From an uncultured delta proteobacterium (GTDB lineage Bacteria > Myxococcota_A > Polyangia > Fen-1088), in NCBI GenBank assembly GCA_963767925.1, contig CAVYGB010000010.1, forward strand, positions 1,024,001 through 1,088,000: a stretch of DNA of 64,000 nucleotides, written 5' to 3'. Below are positions 1 through 9,265 of the stretch, in pieces. Position numbers and translations under genes: made by a program. Positions within the stretch are counted from its first letter, which is position 1; the number at the start of each line of letters is the position of its first letter. The notes beneath the pieces were generated by a model that did no database searches, had not been told where the DNA came from, and was given only the letters and a program-made list of their open reading frames with translations.

Positions 1-1938
1 GCCACCACCTCGGACGATCCCACCGGCGCGCTGGCCGCCCTCACCAGCCTGCTCGGCGACAGCCCCGCGCCCGCCTGGGAGGCGGAGAGCGCCGCCCGCA
101 TCGCCGAGGACCGGCGCCGGGCCGCCGCCGCCGCCACCTTCGTCCTGGTCCACCGCGAGGTCTACGCCATCGCCCCCTCGGGCCTCCTGCGCTACACGCT
201 CTACGACCTGCGCCGGTTTTCGGGCACCGCCGACGTCGACCGCCCCGAGGAGGTGGCCCCCCAGCTGGTCTCGGGCCGGGAGCTGCGCCGCTCGCTGCGC
301 CGGCGCATCTTCAAGCCCGACGGGCGCGTCCTCGACCCGGAGCCGCGGGTGGGGCGCCAGGGACGCACCGACCTGTCCCAGCTCGAGCCGGGCGATTACC
401 TGGAAGAGATCACCGAGGGCTGGAGCGTGCCCACCTCGGCCGGGCAGGTGTACCTGCTGAGCCAGGACCTGCTCCCCGCGCGCACCAGCGTGCTGGAGGC
501 CAGCATCGAGATCCGCCGCCCCCGGGGCCTGCCCCTCGATCTGTGGGCCCACCCGCTGCTCGGCCGCCCCACCACCACCTCGGCCGGCGCCGACACCGTC
601 ACCCGCTACGCCCTGCGGGGGGCCGCCCCTCGCCGGCTGGAGACGCGCGTCCCGCCCAACGACCGCTCGGTCGCGGTCCACGCCACCACCATGCGCTGGT
701 CGGCCAGCGGCCCCCTGCTGGCCGAGACGGTTGCCGCCCTCGACGACGACGACCCGCTCGTGACCGCCTGGGCGAAGAGCCTCGTCGCCGACCCGGCCGC
801 CGGGCGCGCCGCCGCCGTGGCGGCGGTGGTCAGCGCCGTGGGCCAGAAGGTGCGGCGGGCCGAGTGGTCGCTGCTCACCGACGTCTACTGGGCCCCCGTC
901 CGCTCCCAGCGCAGCAACGCCCGGGCGATCCTCGAGCTCGGCGACGGCAGCCGCACCTGGCTGGCCTACCGGGCCCTGCGCGCCCTCGACCTGCCTGCGG
1001 AGCTCGTGGTGGCCGAGGAGGAGCCGCTGTCCGCCGACCCCCGCCAGCCCCACCGCTACGGCCGCTTTCGCCACCCGCTGATCGTCGTCCGCGGCAGCGC
1101 GAAGGACGCGGATGATCTGTGGCTCGACCTCGACGTGCGGGGCCCGCCCCTGCCCCCCGGGCGGGTCAGCCCCCAGCTCCGCGACCGGCTGGCGGTCGAT
1201 GCGCGCGGCCGCATCTTCCGCGTGCCCGACGCGGTCGCCGCCGCCCAGGCCACCGAGGTCGACATCGACCTCGCGCTCGACGACAAGGGGACCGCGCGCG
1301 GGACCTTCACCGCCGCCCTGCGGGGGCGGGACGCCCAGCTCATGGCCGAGGAGCTCCCCTACCGGGTGGGCCTGCACCGCGAGCAGCGGCTGCGGGCCAT
1401 CGTCCTCGGCTGGCTCCCCTCGGCGACGGTCAACGAGGTGGCCCTGGTCTCCGAGGAGGGCGCCTGGGAGGTGTCGCTGAAGGCGGGGGTCGAGCTGCCG
1501 GGCTACGCCCAGTCGGACGAGGCGGGCCTCACCTTGCCGGGCATCGAGCCCCTGCACGGCGTCTACGACGATCCGCCGGCCGCCACCCTCGGGGCCACCT
1601 TCGCCAAGCACCGGGGCCGCGACAGCGCCCTGTCGATCGCCGAGGCGGTCTCGTACCGGCTGCGCCGGCGGGTGACCCTGCCCGGGCCCGGCCGCCTGCC
1701 CGGCGCGGGGCCGGCGCTGGCCCTGCACGACGGCCACCTCGAGGCCGTCCGCACGGTGGCGCTGTCGGGCGGGGCGGCCCTCGACGAGCGCTTCGAGCTG
1801 ACCATCCCCACCGCCGCGCTCGACAAGCCGGGCTACCAGCGGTTCGTGAAGGCAGCGGCCCGGATCGACGAGGCGTTCCTGACGCCCACCCGGGTGCTGC
1901 ACGCCGCCTCCGGCCGCCAGGGACCGCTGTCGAAGTAG
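1..1938 (+). CDS. Large transglutaminase-like/DUF3857-DUF3858-type protein, C-terminal part (5' end outside window)
   Basis: Frame is open from base 1 to TAG at 1936-1938. Motifs 'RRRIFKPDGRVL', 'LEPGDYLE', 'FRHPLIVV...LWLD' and a C-terminal 'YQRFVKAAARID' resemble DUF3857/TGase/DUF3858 proteins. Confidence 0.6.
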   Translation, partial: ATTSDDPTGALAALTSLLGDSPAPAWEAESAARIAEDRRRAAAAATFVLVHREVYAIAPSGLLRYTLYDLRRFSGTADVDRPEEVAPQLVSGRELRRSLRRRIFKPDGRVLDPEPRVGRQGRTDLSQLEPGDYLEEITEGWSVPTSAGQVYLLSQDLLPARTSVLEASIEIRRPRGLPLDLWAHPLLGRPTTTSAGADTVTRYALRGAAPRRLETRVPPNDRSVAVHATTMRWSASGPLLAETVAALDDDDPLVTAWAKSLVADPAAGRAAAVAAVVSAVGQKVRRAEWSLLTDVYWAPVRSQRSNARAILELGDGSRTWLAYRALRALDLPAELVVAEEEPLSADPRQPHRYGRFRHPLIVVRGSAKDADDLWLDLDVRGPPLPPGRVSPQLRDRLAVDARGRIFRVPDAVAAAQATEVDIDLALDDKGTARGTFTAALRGRDAQLMAEELPYRVGLHREQRLRAIVLGWLPSATVNEVALVSEEGAWEVSLKAGVELPGYAQSDEAGLTLPGIEPLHGVYDDPPAATLGATFAKHRGRDSALSIAEAVSYRLRRRVTLPGPGRLPGAGPALALHDGHLEAVRTVALSGGAALDERFELTIPTAALDKPGYQRFVKAAARIDEAFLTPTRVLHAASGRQGPLSK

Positions 1939-2306
1939 TCGGGTTCCCTCGCTTCACTCGGGCCGGACCAGGCGCGCGAGGTGGCGGTCTGCACCAGCGA
2001 CTCGATGCGGGCGCGGGGCACGGCGCCGGTGATCTGACCGACCACCTTGCCGCCCGAGAAGAGCAGCAGGGTGGGCAGGCCGCGCACGTCGAAGCGGGCG
2101 GCCAGCTCGGGGTTGCTGTCGCTGTCGACCTTGCCCACCCGCAGCCTCCCCTCGTAGGCGCCGGCGATGGCCTCCACGTGGGGGGCGATGGCCCGGCAGG
2201 GGGGGCACCAGAGGGCGGTGAAGTCGACCAGGACCGGTACGGGCGAGGCCGCCACCGTCTCGACGAAGTTGTTGTCGGTGATCTCCAGGAGCTTGTTCGC
2301 GGGCAT
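1833..2306 (-). CDS. trxA: Thioredoxin (WCPPC active site) with a C-terminal extension
   Basis: 'PVLVDFTALWCPPCRAIAP...KVDSDSNPELAARFDVRGLPTLLLF' is a classic Trx fold. Start placed at ATG 2306. Confidence 0.9.
   Translation of the reverse strand: MPANKLLEITDNNFVETVAASPVPVLVDFTALWCPPCRAIAPHVEAIAGAYEGRLRVGKVDSDSNPELAARFDVRGLPTLLLFSGGKVVGQITGAVPRARIESLVQTATSRAWSGPSEAREPDYFDSGPWRPEAACSTRVGVRNASSIRAAAFTNRW
1930..1967. repeat. REP-like palindrome, family A, copy 1 (TCGAAGTAGTCGGGTTCCCTCGCTTCACTCGGGCCGGA)
   Basis: Near-identical to 32525-32562 and 58121-58156. All three lie at convergent gene ends. Confidence 0.75.
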
Positions 2307-2389
2307 GATCGGGAAGGTGCTGGCCCCGCCCGCCATTACAGGCAAGCGGTCGGGCGGGGCCGGGGCGCATTTTTTTCCCCGATCCCCGT

Positions 2390-2626
2390 AATGAGCCGGC
2401 CGGTCGACACCCTGGTAGATATGGAGCAGCCGATGCCGGAGCCGGACCTGTCCGCGTTGCCCTGCGGCGGGCCACCCGCCGAGCGGGTCGCCTTCCTGAC
2501 CGCATGCTCGACGAGGTCCCGGGCGACGACGTCGCGCGCACCCTGGGCATCAGCCCGGGCCACGTCGCGGTCCTGCTCCACCGGGCCAAGGCCAGTCTGC
2601 TGGCCTGCATGACCGACGGTCCTTGA
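2390..2626 (+). pseudogene. ECF sigma factor remnant (region 4 only)
   Basis: 2504-2626 reads MLDEVPGDDVARTLGISPGHVAVLLHRAKASLLACM, a sigma region-4.2 HTH pattern. It is out of frame with an upstream ATG at 2390, and region 2 is missing. Confidence 0.65.
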
Positions 2627-2680
2627 CCCGGTCGGGCGGGGCCTCTATTTTCCGGCCCTGCTGATCAAGGGGGCCGTGCG

Positions 2681-3601
2681 GTGAACCATCGAAGCGCCTT
2701 CGTCCTTAGCGCGTTCGTCTTTTCTTCGGTCGCCGGGCTGGCGCTGGCCGCCTGCGCGGGCCGCTCGCCGCCCGCCTCGAAGGTGGTCAAACCCGAGCTG
2801 GGCCAGCAGATCTACGGCGAGTCCCTGCCCCCCCGCACGGTGGTCCTCACCTACGACGACGGCCCCGACGAGTCGACCTTGCCGATCGCCCGCTACCTGG
2901 CGTCCGAGGGGCTCTCGGTCACCTTCTTCGTCAACGGCGGGCGCTTCTGCCAGGAGACCGACCCGGCGGGCACCTGCCTGCAGCCGATGGAGACGCGGCC
3001 CTGCGACGACGGCCGGACCCAGGAGGTGGTGGCCGCCCCCCGCTACTACCCGGAGTCGCTGCTCGATGAGCTGCTGGCCCTCGGCCACCGCATCGGCAAC
3101 CACACCCAGGGGCACTGCCACCTCACCAGGCAGACCAACCCGGTCAACCTGGAGTGGGAGATCGCCGCCACCCAGGAGATCCTCGACCGCCACGTGCGCG
3201 ACGGCATCTTCCTGTTCCGGGCCCCCTTCGGCAACTGGGACCAGGCCACCGCCGAGCGGATGGCCCCCACAAGGGTCTGGCGCCGGCTGACCGGCCCCAT
3301 CAACTGGGACGTCGATGGACACGACTGGGCCTGCTGGAAGGGCAGCGGCGGGCCCGAGCAGTGCGTGGAGAACTACCTGCGGGTGCTGGCCGCTCGCCCC
3401 AACCACAACGGCATCTTCATCATGCACGACCGCCCCGAGTTCAACGTGGGCATCGACGGCCCCCTCGAGATGACGAAGATCCTCGTGCCCCGCCTGCGCG
3501 CCCACGGCTACAAGTTCGCCACCCTCGACGACCTGCTCGGCCTCCCCCCGCCGATCGCCCCCCCACCCGCCCGCGTCGCCGCCAGCTCCAACCTGCCCTG
3601 A
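2681..3601 (+). CDS. Polysaccharide deacetylase (CE4/NodB), probable lipoprotein
   Basis: Motifs LTYDDGP, GNHTQGH, FRAPFG, WDVDGHDW and IMHD are present. Signal peptide with lipobox LAAC. Confidence 0.88.
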   Translation: MNHRSAFVLSAFVFSSVAGLALAACAGRSPPASKVVKPELGQQIYGESLPPRTVVLTYDDGPDESTLPIARYLASEGLSVTFFVNGGRFCQETDPAGTCLQPMETRPCDDGRTQEVVAAPRYYPESLLDELLALGHRIGNHTQGHCHLTRQTNPVNLEWEIAATQEILDRHVRDGIFLFRAPFGNWDQATAERMAPTRVWRRLTGPINWDVDGHDWACWKGSGGPEQCVENYLRVLAARPNHNGIFIMHDRPEFNVGIDGPLEMTKILVPRLRAHGYKFATLDDLLGLPPPIAPPPARVAASSNLP

Positions 3602-3634
3602 GCAAGGTCCGGCCCCGGTGCCGGGCGCCGGGCG

Positions 3635-6600
3635 TTACATGTGGGCGGCGTCCCGGCGGTGGCGGGGGATGGTAATCACGAACTCGGCGAACTCGCCGGC
3701 CACGCTGTCGACGCGCAGGGCGCCCCGGTGGATGCGGGTGATGATGTCGTGGCTGATCGACAGGCCCAGGCCGGTGCCCTCCCCGGCCGGCTTGGTGGTG
3801 AAGAAGGGCATGAAGATGCGGTCGCGCAGGTCCTGCTTGATGCCCACCCCGTTGTCCCGCACCGCCACCTCGACTTCCTCGCCGACTGCCCTCGTGTGGA
3901 CCCGCATCTCCGGGGCGAAGCCGTCGCCCACCTCGGTCCGCTTGCGCAGCAGGGCGTGGCGGGCGTTGTTGATGAGGTTGACCAGCACCCGGTTGAGGTC
4001 GTGGGCCACCCCGTCGACGTAGCCGACCTGGGGATCGTACTGGGTCCGGATGTCGATCTTGAGCCCGTCCTGGCTCTGCACCGCGGTCAGCTTCACGCTG
4101 TCGGCGACCAGCCCGTTGAGGTCGATGGCCTCGAGCTGCCCGGTGCGGGGCCCCCCGTGGCGGCCCATCGCCCCCACGATGTCGCTGGCCCGGCGGCCGT
4201 GTTGCACCACCTTGCCCACGCTCTCCTCGAGATCGCCGAGGAGGTTGAGCAGGTACTTGTGGTCGACGTCGAGGCCCCGGGTGTAACGGGACTTGAGGTG
4301 GCCCCCCACCTCCTCGGACAGGCGCAGCGACACCTCCCCGAAGTTGGTGACGAAGTTGAGCGGGTTCTTGATCTCGTGGGCGATGCCGGCGGTCAAGGCC
4401 CCCAGAGCGGCCAGCTTCTCCTGGGTGACGAGCTGCTTTTGCATCTCGGCCTGGCGAGCCAGGGAGGCGGCCAGCTCCCGGTTGCGCTGGCTCAGCTCCT
4501 CGGTGCGGGCCTGCACCTGCTGCTCGAGGCGATCGTAGAGGCGGGCGTTCTCCAGGGAGATGACCGCCTGGGCGGCCAGCACCTCGAGGACAATGACGTT
4601 GTTGCTGGAGAAGGCCCCCCGCACCGAGGCGTTCTCCAGGTAGACCAGGCCCAGCACGTCCCCCTGCCGCAGCAGGGGCAGGCACAGCACCGAGCCGACC
4701 TTGTTGTCGCAGATGTAGCGGTCGTGCCCGAAGCGCATGCTGCTGACGGCGTCGTCGAGCAGGACACATTCCCGCGTGCGGGCGGCGTAGTTGATGATCG
4801 AGGCGGGTAGGCCCCGGTGGCCCCGGCGGGCCAGCTCCTCGAGGGGCATGGCCTCCAGCATGGTGGTGCGACCGGAGTCGATGCGCCGCCCCGCCTCCAC
4901 CACCCAGTGCTCGTCCTTGAGCATGAGGACGTAGCCCGCCTCGGCCCCCCCGCACTCGATGAGGACCTGCAGCAGCTTCTGCAGGAGGCGCTCGGAGCGC
5001 ACCTCGCTGGAGATGGCCCGCGAGCCGTTGAGCACGTTGACGAAGTCGACGACGTCGAACTCGCGCTCTTCTCCCCGGGCCAGGTTGGCCACCGTGACCG
5101 AGCCGGTGATGGCCCGGGGCAGCAGGTGGGGAAACTCGCGCTCGAGGCGCTTGACCTTGGCGTCGGCCCCCCAGCGGCCGAAGGTGCGCTGGGCCCGCCG
5201 CAGGTAGGGCCGGGCCCGCGCCACCTCCCCGCTGCCGAGGAAGAAGCGGGCCGCCCGCTCGCAGGCGATGGCCTCCTCGTGCAGGTAGCCGTTGGCGTGG
5301 GCCAGGTCGACCGCCCGCAGGTAGCCCTGCTCGGCGCGGGCCCCCTCCCCCTCCAGCCGGGCCAGCTCGGCCTCGATCAGCGCCACCTTGTGCTCGAGCG
5401 AGCGGGGGTTGTGGGGCAGCCAGCCCAGGAGCTTCTTCTGGTTGTCGGCCACCTCGCCGAGCAGGGCCGCCCGCCGATCGGGCAACACCTCGACGGCGGC
5501 CAGGCGGCACAGCGAATCGAAGAAGGTGAGCGGGATGGCCCAGAAGGCGCTGGCGAAGAAGGAGAGCGCCCGGGTGGCGTCGGCGCTCTGCAGGGCCCGC
5601 TCGGGCTCCCCGAACAGGAAACAGAGCTGCATCTTGCCGAAGTGGTAGTTGAACTGCGCGCTGAGGTCCTTGTGGGCGACGTGGACCGGCAGCCGAACAG
5701 TCTCGTCGTAGATGGGGCCGTGAAACCAGGTCGGCTCGCCGTGGGGGTTGCGCAGGTTCTCCACGGTCTGCTGGTAGATCTCGTGCCAGTTGAGGACCAG
5801 GGCCTCCTGCGAGCGCCGGACGTAAGTGCGAAAGTGCTCCATGTCGGGGGCCAGCAGGCTGAGGCTGTCGCCGCTCAGCAGCCGCCCGATGCAGAAGGTC
5901 GTGGCCCCGCAGGCGGCCATGAAGGGGGTGCCCGCCTCCACCCCGTAGCGGTGGGCGGTCAGCAGGGCGGGCACCAGCTCGGCGATGGGCGTGCTCCAGT
6001 GCAGGAGCTGGTAGTTGGCGTAGAGGTAGGTCTGGGCCAGCACCCGGGCGTCGCCGAACTTCTCGGCCAGGGTGAGGGCCAGGCGCCCGAAGTCCACCGC
6101 CCGGTGCAGCTCGTGGCGCAGCGACAGCAGCAGGCCGTAAAAGATGTAGCCGTTGGCCGACTCGGCCACGTTGCCGTGGGCCAGCGACAGCCGCACCAGC
6201 CGGCAGACGACGATGCTCTGGAGCTGGCTGTTCACGATGAGGGTGGCGAACACCAGCTTGCTGAGCAGCTCCATGGCCATCGCCGCCTGGCGGTCCTGGC
6301 AGACCGGGAGCTGGGCCAGATCGGCCACCGTGCGGGCCCCGAGCGCGTCGGAGGTCTCGCGCAGCTCCCGCTCGACCTCCTCGGGCCCGATCTCCCGGGG
6401 GATCTCGTAGCCCAGCTCCTTGAGGGCCGCGCAGTAGGTGTCGATGGCCTCACCCGGGTGTTGCTGCGAGTAGTGGACCTGCCCCTGGATCGCCCGCACC
6501 CGCACGGCGTCCAGCGCGGTCCGGGCGTGCTCGACGATCTCCTGGGCCAGGCCCTGCAAGACCTCCAGCTCCCCGGCGACGAAGCAGGCCCCGGCGGCGG

Positions 6601-8965
6601 TGATCGCCAGCTCGAGGGCCAGCTCGTACGCGCTTTGCCAGGCCCGGGGCCCCAGCAGCGCGCGTCCGGCCCGGGCCAGCTCGAGGGCCCGGCTACCGGC
6701 GGCCGCCGCCAGCGCCGCCCGGGAGGCCTCCAGGTTGAGGCGGGCCAGGGCGGTGCGCTCCTCGGGATCGGTGATCAGTTCGTGGGCCCGGTTGAGCTGT
6801 CCGACGATGTCGAACAGCGCCCTGGCCCGATCGCCGGTGTCGACCTGGTCGCGCAGGCGGCGGCCCACGTCGAGGTGCAGGGCCGCCCGGCGCTTGTCGT
6901 CGGCCGTCGCGGAGACCGCCTGCCGCACCCGATCGTGGGCGAAGGCGAAGCGCAGCGGCGTCTCCAGGTCCAGCTCGGAGGGCCCGTGCAGGCGGTCGAG
7001 GGCGTAGACAAGGCCGGCGTCGATGGCCGGCCAGAGGGCCCGCCCGCTGGCGTAGGGCGCCACCCGCTTCAAGGTCTGCAGGTCGAAGCGGGTCCCCAGA
7101 CAGGCCGCCACCAGCAGCAGCTCCTGGGTGGGCTGGGGCAAGGCGGCGACGCGGCCGAGCAGCAGATCGACGACGTTTTCGGTGGCCGCCCGCCGGGTGA
7201 TGGCGGGCAGATCGATGCCGGCGCTGAGCGAGGCCAGCAGGCCATCGGCCTGCAGCGCCTCGAGGAAGGCCCGCGTGAAAAACGGATTGCCCCCCGTGCG
7301 CGACAGCAGCACCTGGGCCAGGGCCACCGCCTGCTCGGGCGGCAGGGGGGCGCAGGCGGCCACGAACTCGCCGAGCGCCTGGGGCGTCAGCGGACCGAGG
7401 GTGAGCCGCTCGACCCGCCCCCCGCCCGCCGCCAGCTTGTCGAGCTCGAGCTGCAGCTCGAGGGCCCGCACCTCGGCCTCGTCCCCGTCCCGGTAGGCGC
7501 AGACCAGCAGCAGGGGCTGGCTGGCGGCCGAGCGGTGGATCTCGCCGATCAGCTCGAGGGCGTCGGATCCCGCCCACTGCAGGTCATCGAAGAACAGACA
7601 GACCGGCCGCCCGCCCGCGGTGATGGCGGCGAAGAAGTCGTGGAAGGCCCGGTGCAAGCGGGTGCGCGCCTCCTCGGGCGCCACCTCGCCGAGGGCCGGC
7701 TGGGGCCCCAGGATGAGCTCGAGGCTGGGGCAGGCCCGGATGAGGAGCTGCAGGTTCGAGCACCCGCTCAGGATGCGCGTGCGCCACTCGGCGATGCGAT
7801 CCCCGCTCTCGCCCAGGATCTGCTCGACGAAGTCGGCGAGGGCCTGGCGGATCGCCAGGTAGGGGGCGTTGAGCCCCAGGGCGTCGCTCTTGCCGGCCAG
7901 GAAATAGCCCTGGCGCCCGGTGAGCGGGCGATGCAGCTCGTTGATCAGCCGGGACTTGCCGATGCCGGCCGGCCCCTTCACGGCGACCAGGGTGGCGCCC
8001 TGGGCGCCGGTGCGCTCGAGCGCGGAGATGAGGACGGCCACCTCCTCGTCCCGGCCGTAGATGCGCTGGGGCAGGCGGAAGCGATCGGCGATGTCGGCGG
8101 CGCCGGGGGGAAAGTCGGCCTGCTGGTTGCCGGCCCGGACCTGGGCCAGGCACTGCTCGAGATCGGCGCGCAGGCCGCGGGTGGTCTGGTAGCGCTGGTC
8201 GGCGTCCTTGGCCAGCAGCTTGACGATGATGGCGGACAGCGCGGGCGGCAGGGCGTGTTTGAGATCGCGCGGGGGCACCACCGCCTGGGCCACGTGGGCG
8301 TGCACCATCTCGACGGCGTCCTGGACCCCGAAGGGCGGCGCCCCGGTGGCCAGCTCGTAGAGCGTCGCCCCCATGGCGTAGTAGTCGGTGCGGTAGTCGA
8401 TGGCCCGGTTCATGCGCCCGGTCTGCTCGGGCGACATGTAGGCCAGAGTGCCCTCGGCGGTCCCCACCGCCAGGTAGCTGGTCGGCTCCTCGCGCAGCAC
8501 CGTCGCGATCCCGAAGTCGATGATCTGCAGGCGCCGGCTGCGGGCGTCGAGGATCAGGTTGCCCGGGTTGACGTCCTTGTGCACGACGTTTTGCCGGTGG
8601 ACCGCCTCCACAACCGTGGTGAGGGAGAGGGCCAGCTCGAGCAGCTCCTCGTTCGACAGGCGGCCCGCCATCCCCAGGTCGCGCAGGGCGGTCCCGCCCG
8701 TGTCCTCGAGGATCAACCCCCGGCGGGCGCCGTCCTGCTCGAGGCCCTGCCCCTTGACCACCCCCTCGACGCCCTCCAGCCGCTTGAGGATCTCGAGCTC
8801 CCGGGCGAGAGCGCGGATGCGATCTCGCCCGGGATTTTCCTCCGCGAGGATCTTCAACACCGCGGTTTTTCCGGTCGACTCGTGTCGGCCCCGGTAGACG
8901 ACGGTGTTCACTCCGTGGTGGAGCTTTTCGACCAACGAGAACCCGGCGAAGACGGCTAAAGTCAT
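3635..8965 (-). CDS. Hybrid Ser/Thr kinase - AAA ATPase - TPR-like - GAF - histidine kinase (HstK-type, 1776 aa)
   Basis: Kinase motifs HKDVNPGN, DFG and GTLAYMSPEQTGRMNR. Walker A GPAGIGKS and Walker B FFDDLQW. GAF 'SVLCLPL...LVYLEN'. H-box AHEIKNPLNF and HATPase DNGVGI...FFTTK...GTGLGL. Confidence 0.93.
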   Translation of the reverse strand: MTLAVFAGFSLVEKLHHGVNTVVYRGRHESTGKTAVLKILAEENPGRDRIRALARELEILKRLEGVEGVVKGQGLEQDGARRGLILEDTGGTALRDLGMAGRLSNEELLELALSLTTVVEAVHRQNVVHKDVNPGNLILDARSRRLQIIDFGIATVLREEPTSYLAVGTAEGTLAYMSPEQTGRMNRAIDYRTDYYAMGATLYELATGAPPFGVQDAVEMVHAHVAQAVVPPRDLKHALPPALSAIIVKLLAKDADQRYQTTRGLRADLEQCLAQVRAGNQQADFPPGAADIADRFRLPQRIYGRDEEVAVLISALERTGAQGATLVAVKGPAGIGKSRLINELHRPLTGRQGYFLAGKSDALGLNAPYLAIRQALADFVEQILGESGDRIAEWRTRILSGCSNLQLLIRACPSLELILGPQPALGEVAPEEARTRLHRAFHDFFAAITAGGRPVCLFFDDLQWAGSDALELIGEIHRSAASQPLLLVCAYRDGDEAEVRALELQLELDKLAAGGGRVERLTLGPLTPQALGEFVAACAPLPPEQAVALAQVLLSRTGGNPFFTRAFLEALQADGLLASLSAGIDLPAITRRAATENVVDLLLGRVAALPQPTQELLLVAACLGTRFDLQTLKRVAPYASGRALWPAIDAGLVYALDRLHGPSELDLETPLRFAFAHDRVRQAVSATADDKRRAALHLDVGRRLRDQVDTGDRARALFDIVGQLNRAHELITDPEERTALARLNLEASRAALAAAAGSRALELARAGRALLGPRAWQSAYELALELAITAAGACFVAGELEVLQGLAQEIVEHARTALDAVRVRAIQGQVHYSQQHPGEAIDTYCAALKELGYEIPREIGPEEVERELRETSDALGARTVADLAQLPVCQDRQAAMAMELLSKLVFATLIVNSQLQSIVVCRLVRLSLAHGNVAESANGYIFYGLLLSLRHELHRAVDFGRLALTLAEKFGDARVLAQTYLYANYQLLHWSTPIAELVPALLTAHRYGVEAGTPFMAACGATTFCIGRLLSGDSLSLLAPDMEHFRTYVRRSQEALVLNWHEIYQQTVENLRNPHGEPTWFHGPIYDETVRLPVHVAHKDLSAQFNYHFGKMQLCFLFGEPERALQSADATRALSFFASAFWAIPLTFFDSLCRLAAVEVLPDRRAALLGEVADNQKKLLGWLPHNPRSLEHKVALIEAELARLEGEGARAEQGYLRAVDLAHANGYLHEEAIACERAARFFLGSGEVARARPYLRRAQRTFGRWGADAKVKRLEREFPHLLPRAITGSVTVANLARGEEREFDVVDFVNVLNGSRAISSEVRSERLLQKLLQVLIECGGAEAGYVLMLKDEHWVVEAGRRIDSGRTTMLEAMPLEELARRGHRGLPASIINYAARTRECVLLDDAVSSMRFGHDRYICDNKVGSVLCLPLLRQGDVLGLVYLENASVRGAFSSNNVIVLEVLAAQAVISLENARLYDRLEQQVQARTEELSQRNRELAASLARQAEMQKQLVTQEKLAALGALTAGIAHEIKNPLNFVTNFGEVSLRLSEEVGGHLKSRYTRGLDVDHKYLLNLLGDLEESVGKVVQHGRRASDIVGAMGRHGGPRTGQLEAIDLNGLVADSVKLTAVQSQDGLKIDIRTQYDPQVGYVDGVAHDLNRVLVNLINNARHALLRKRTEVGDGFAPEMRVHTRAVGEEVEVAVRDNGVGIKQDLRDRIFMPFFTTKPAGEGTGLGLSISHDIITRIHRGALRVDSVAGEFAEFVITIPRHRRDAAHM

Positions 8966-9018
8966 GAATCCTCGAGGGAGCGCTGCGCCTCTGGGTTATC
9001 GCAGGCCCCGGTTGCGGC

Positions 9019-9249
9019 TCAGGGCTCGGTCTTTGGGGGGAATGGGTCGGGACCGGGGTCCCAGCACGTCTCGCTCGACTGCCAGGGGCCGTTGGCAACA
9101 GCCTCTGCCGGCCGGCGATCGGTGGCAAGGGCAATCTCCGCCGCCGACAGCCCGGCCGCCTCGAGCCGGGCGCGCAGGTCCTGCCGGGTGGCGTCGCGGT
9201 CGAAGGGATCCCTCATCAGCTTGCTGAGCTCGTCGAATACTTGTTCCAT
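9019..9249 (-). CDS. Putative split-borosin RiPP precursor (BBD/LigA-like leader + core ...SSETCWDPGPDPFPPKTEP)
   Basis: 76-aa ORF with a strong SD (GGAGGAGGAG). N-terminus 'ELSKLMRDPF...DLRARLEAAGLSAAEIAL' fits the helical L..DP....L...GLS..E..L borosin-binding-domain pattern. Same operon as the borosin methyltransferase. Confidence 0.75.
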   Translation of the reverse strand: MEQVFDELSKLMRDPFDRDATRQDLRARLEAAGLSAAEIALATDRRPAEAVANGPWQSSETCWDPGPDPFPPKTEP

Positions 9250-9265
9250 CGTTTTCTCCTCCTCC

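Noticed and set aside
4817..8959. 1380-aa plus-strand ORF, and similar long ORFs at 20800-24756, 24701-27532 and 44385-47102
   Set aside because: Antisense shadows of real genes, expected at this GC content. They have no recognisable motifs.
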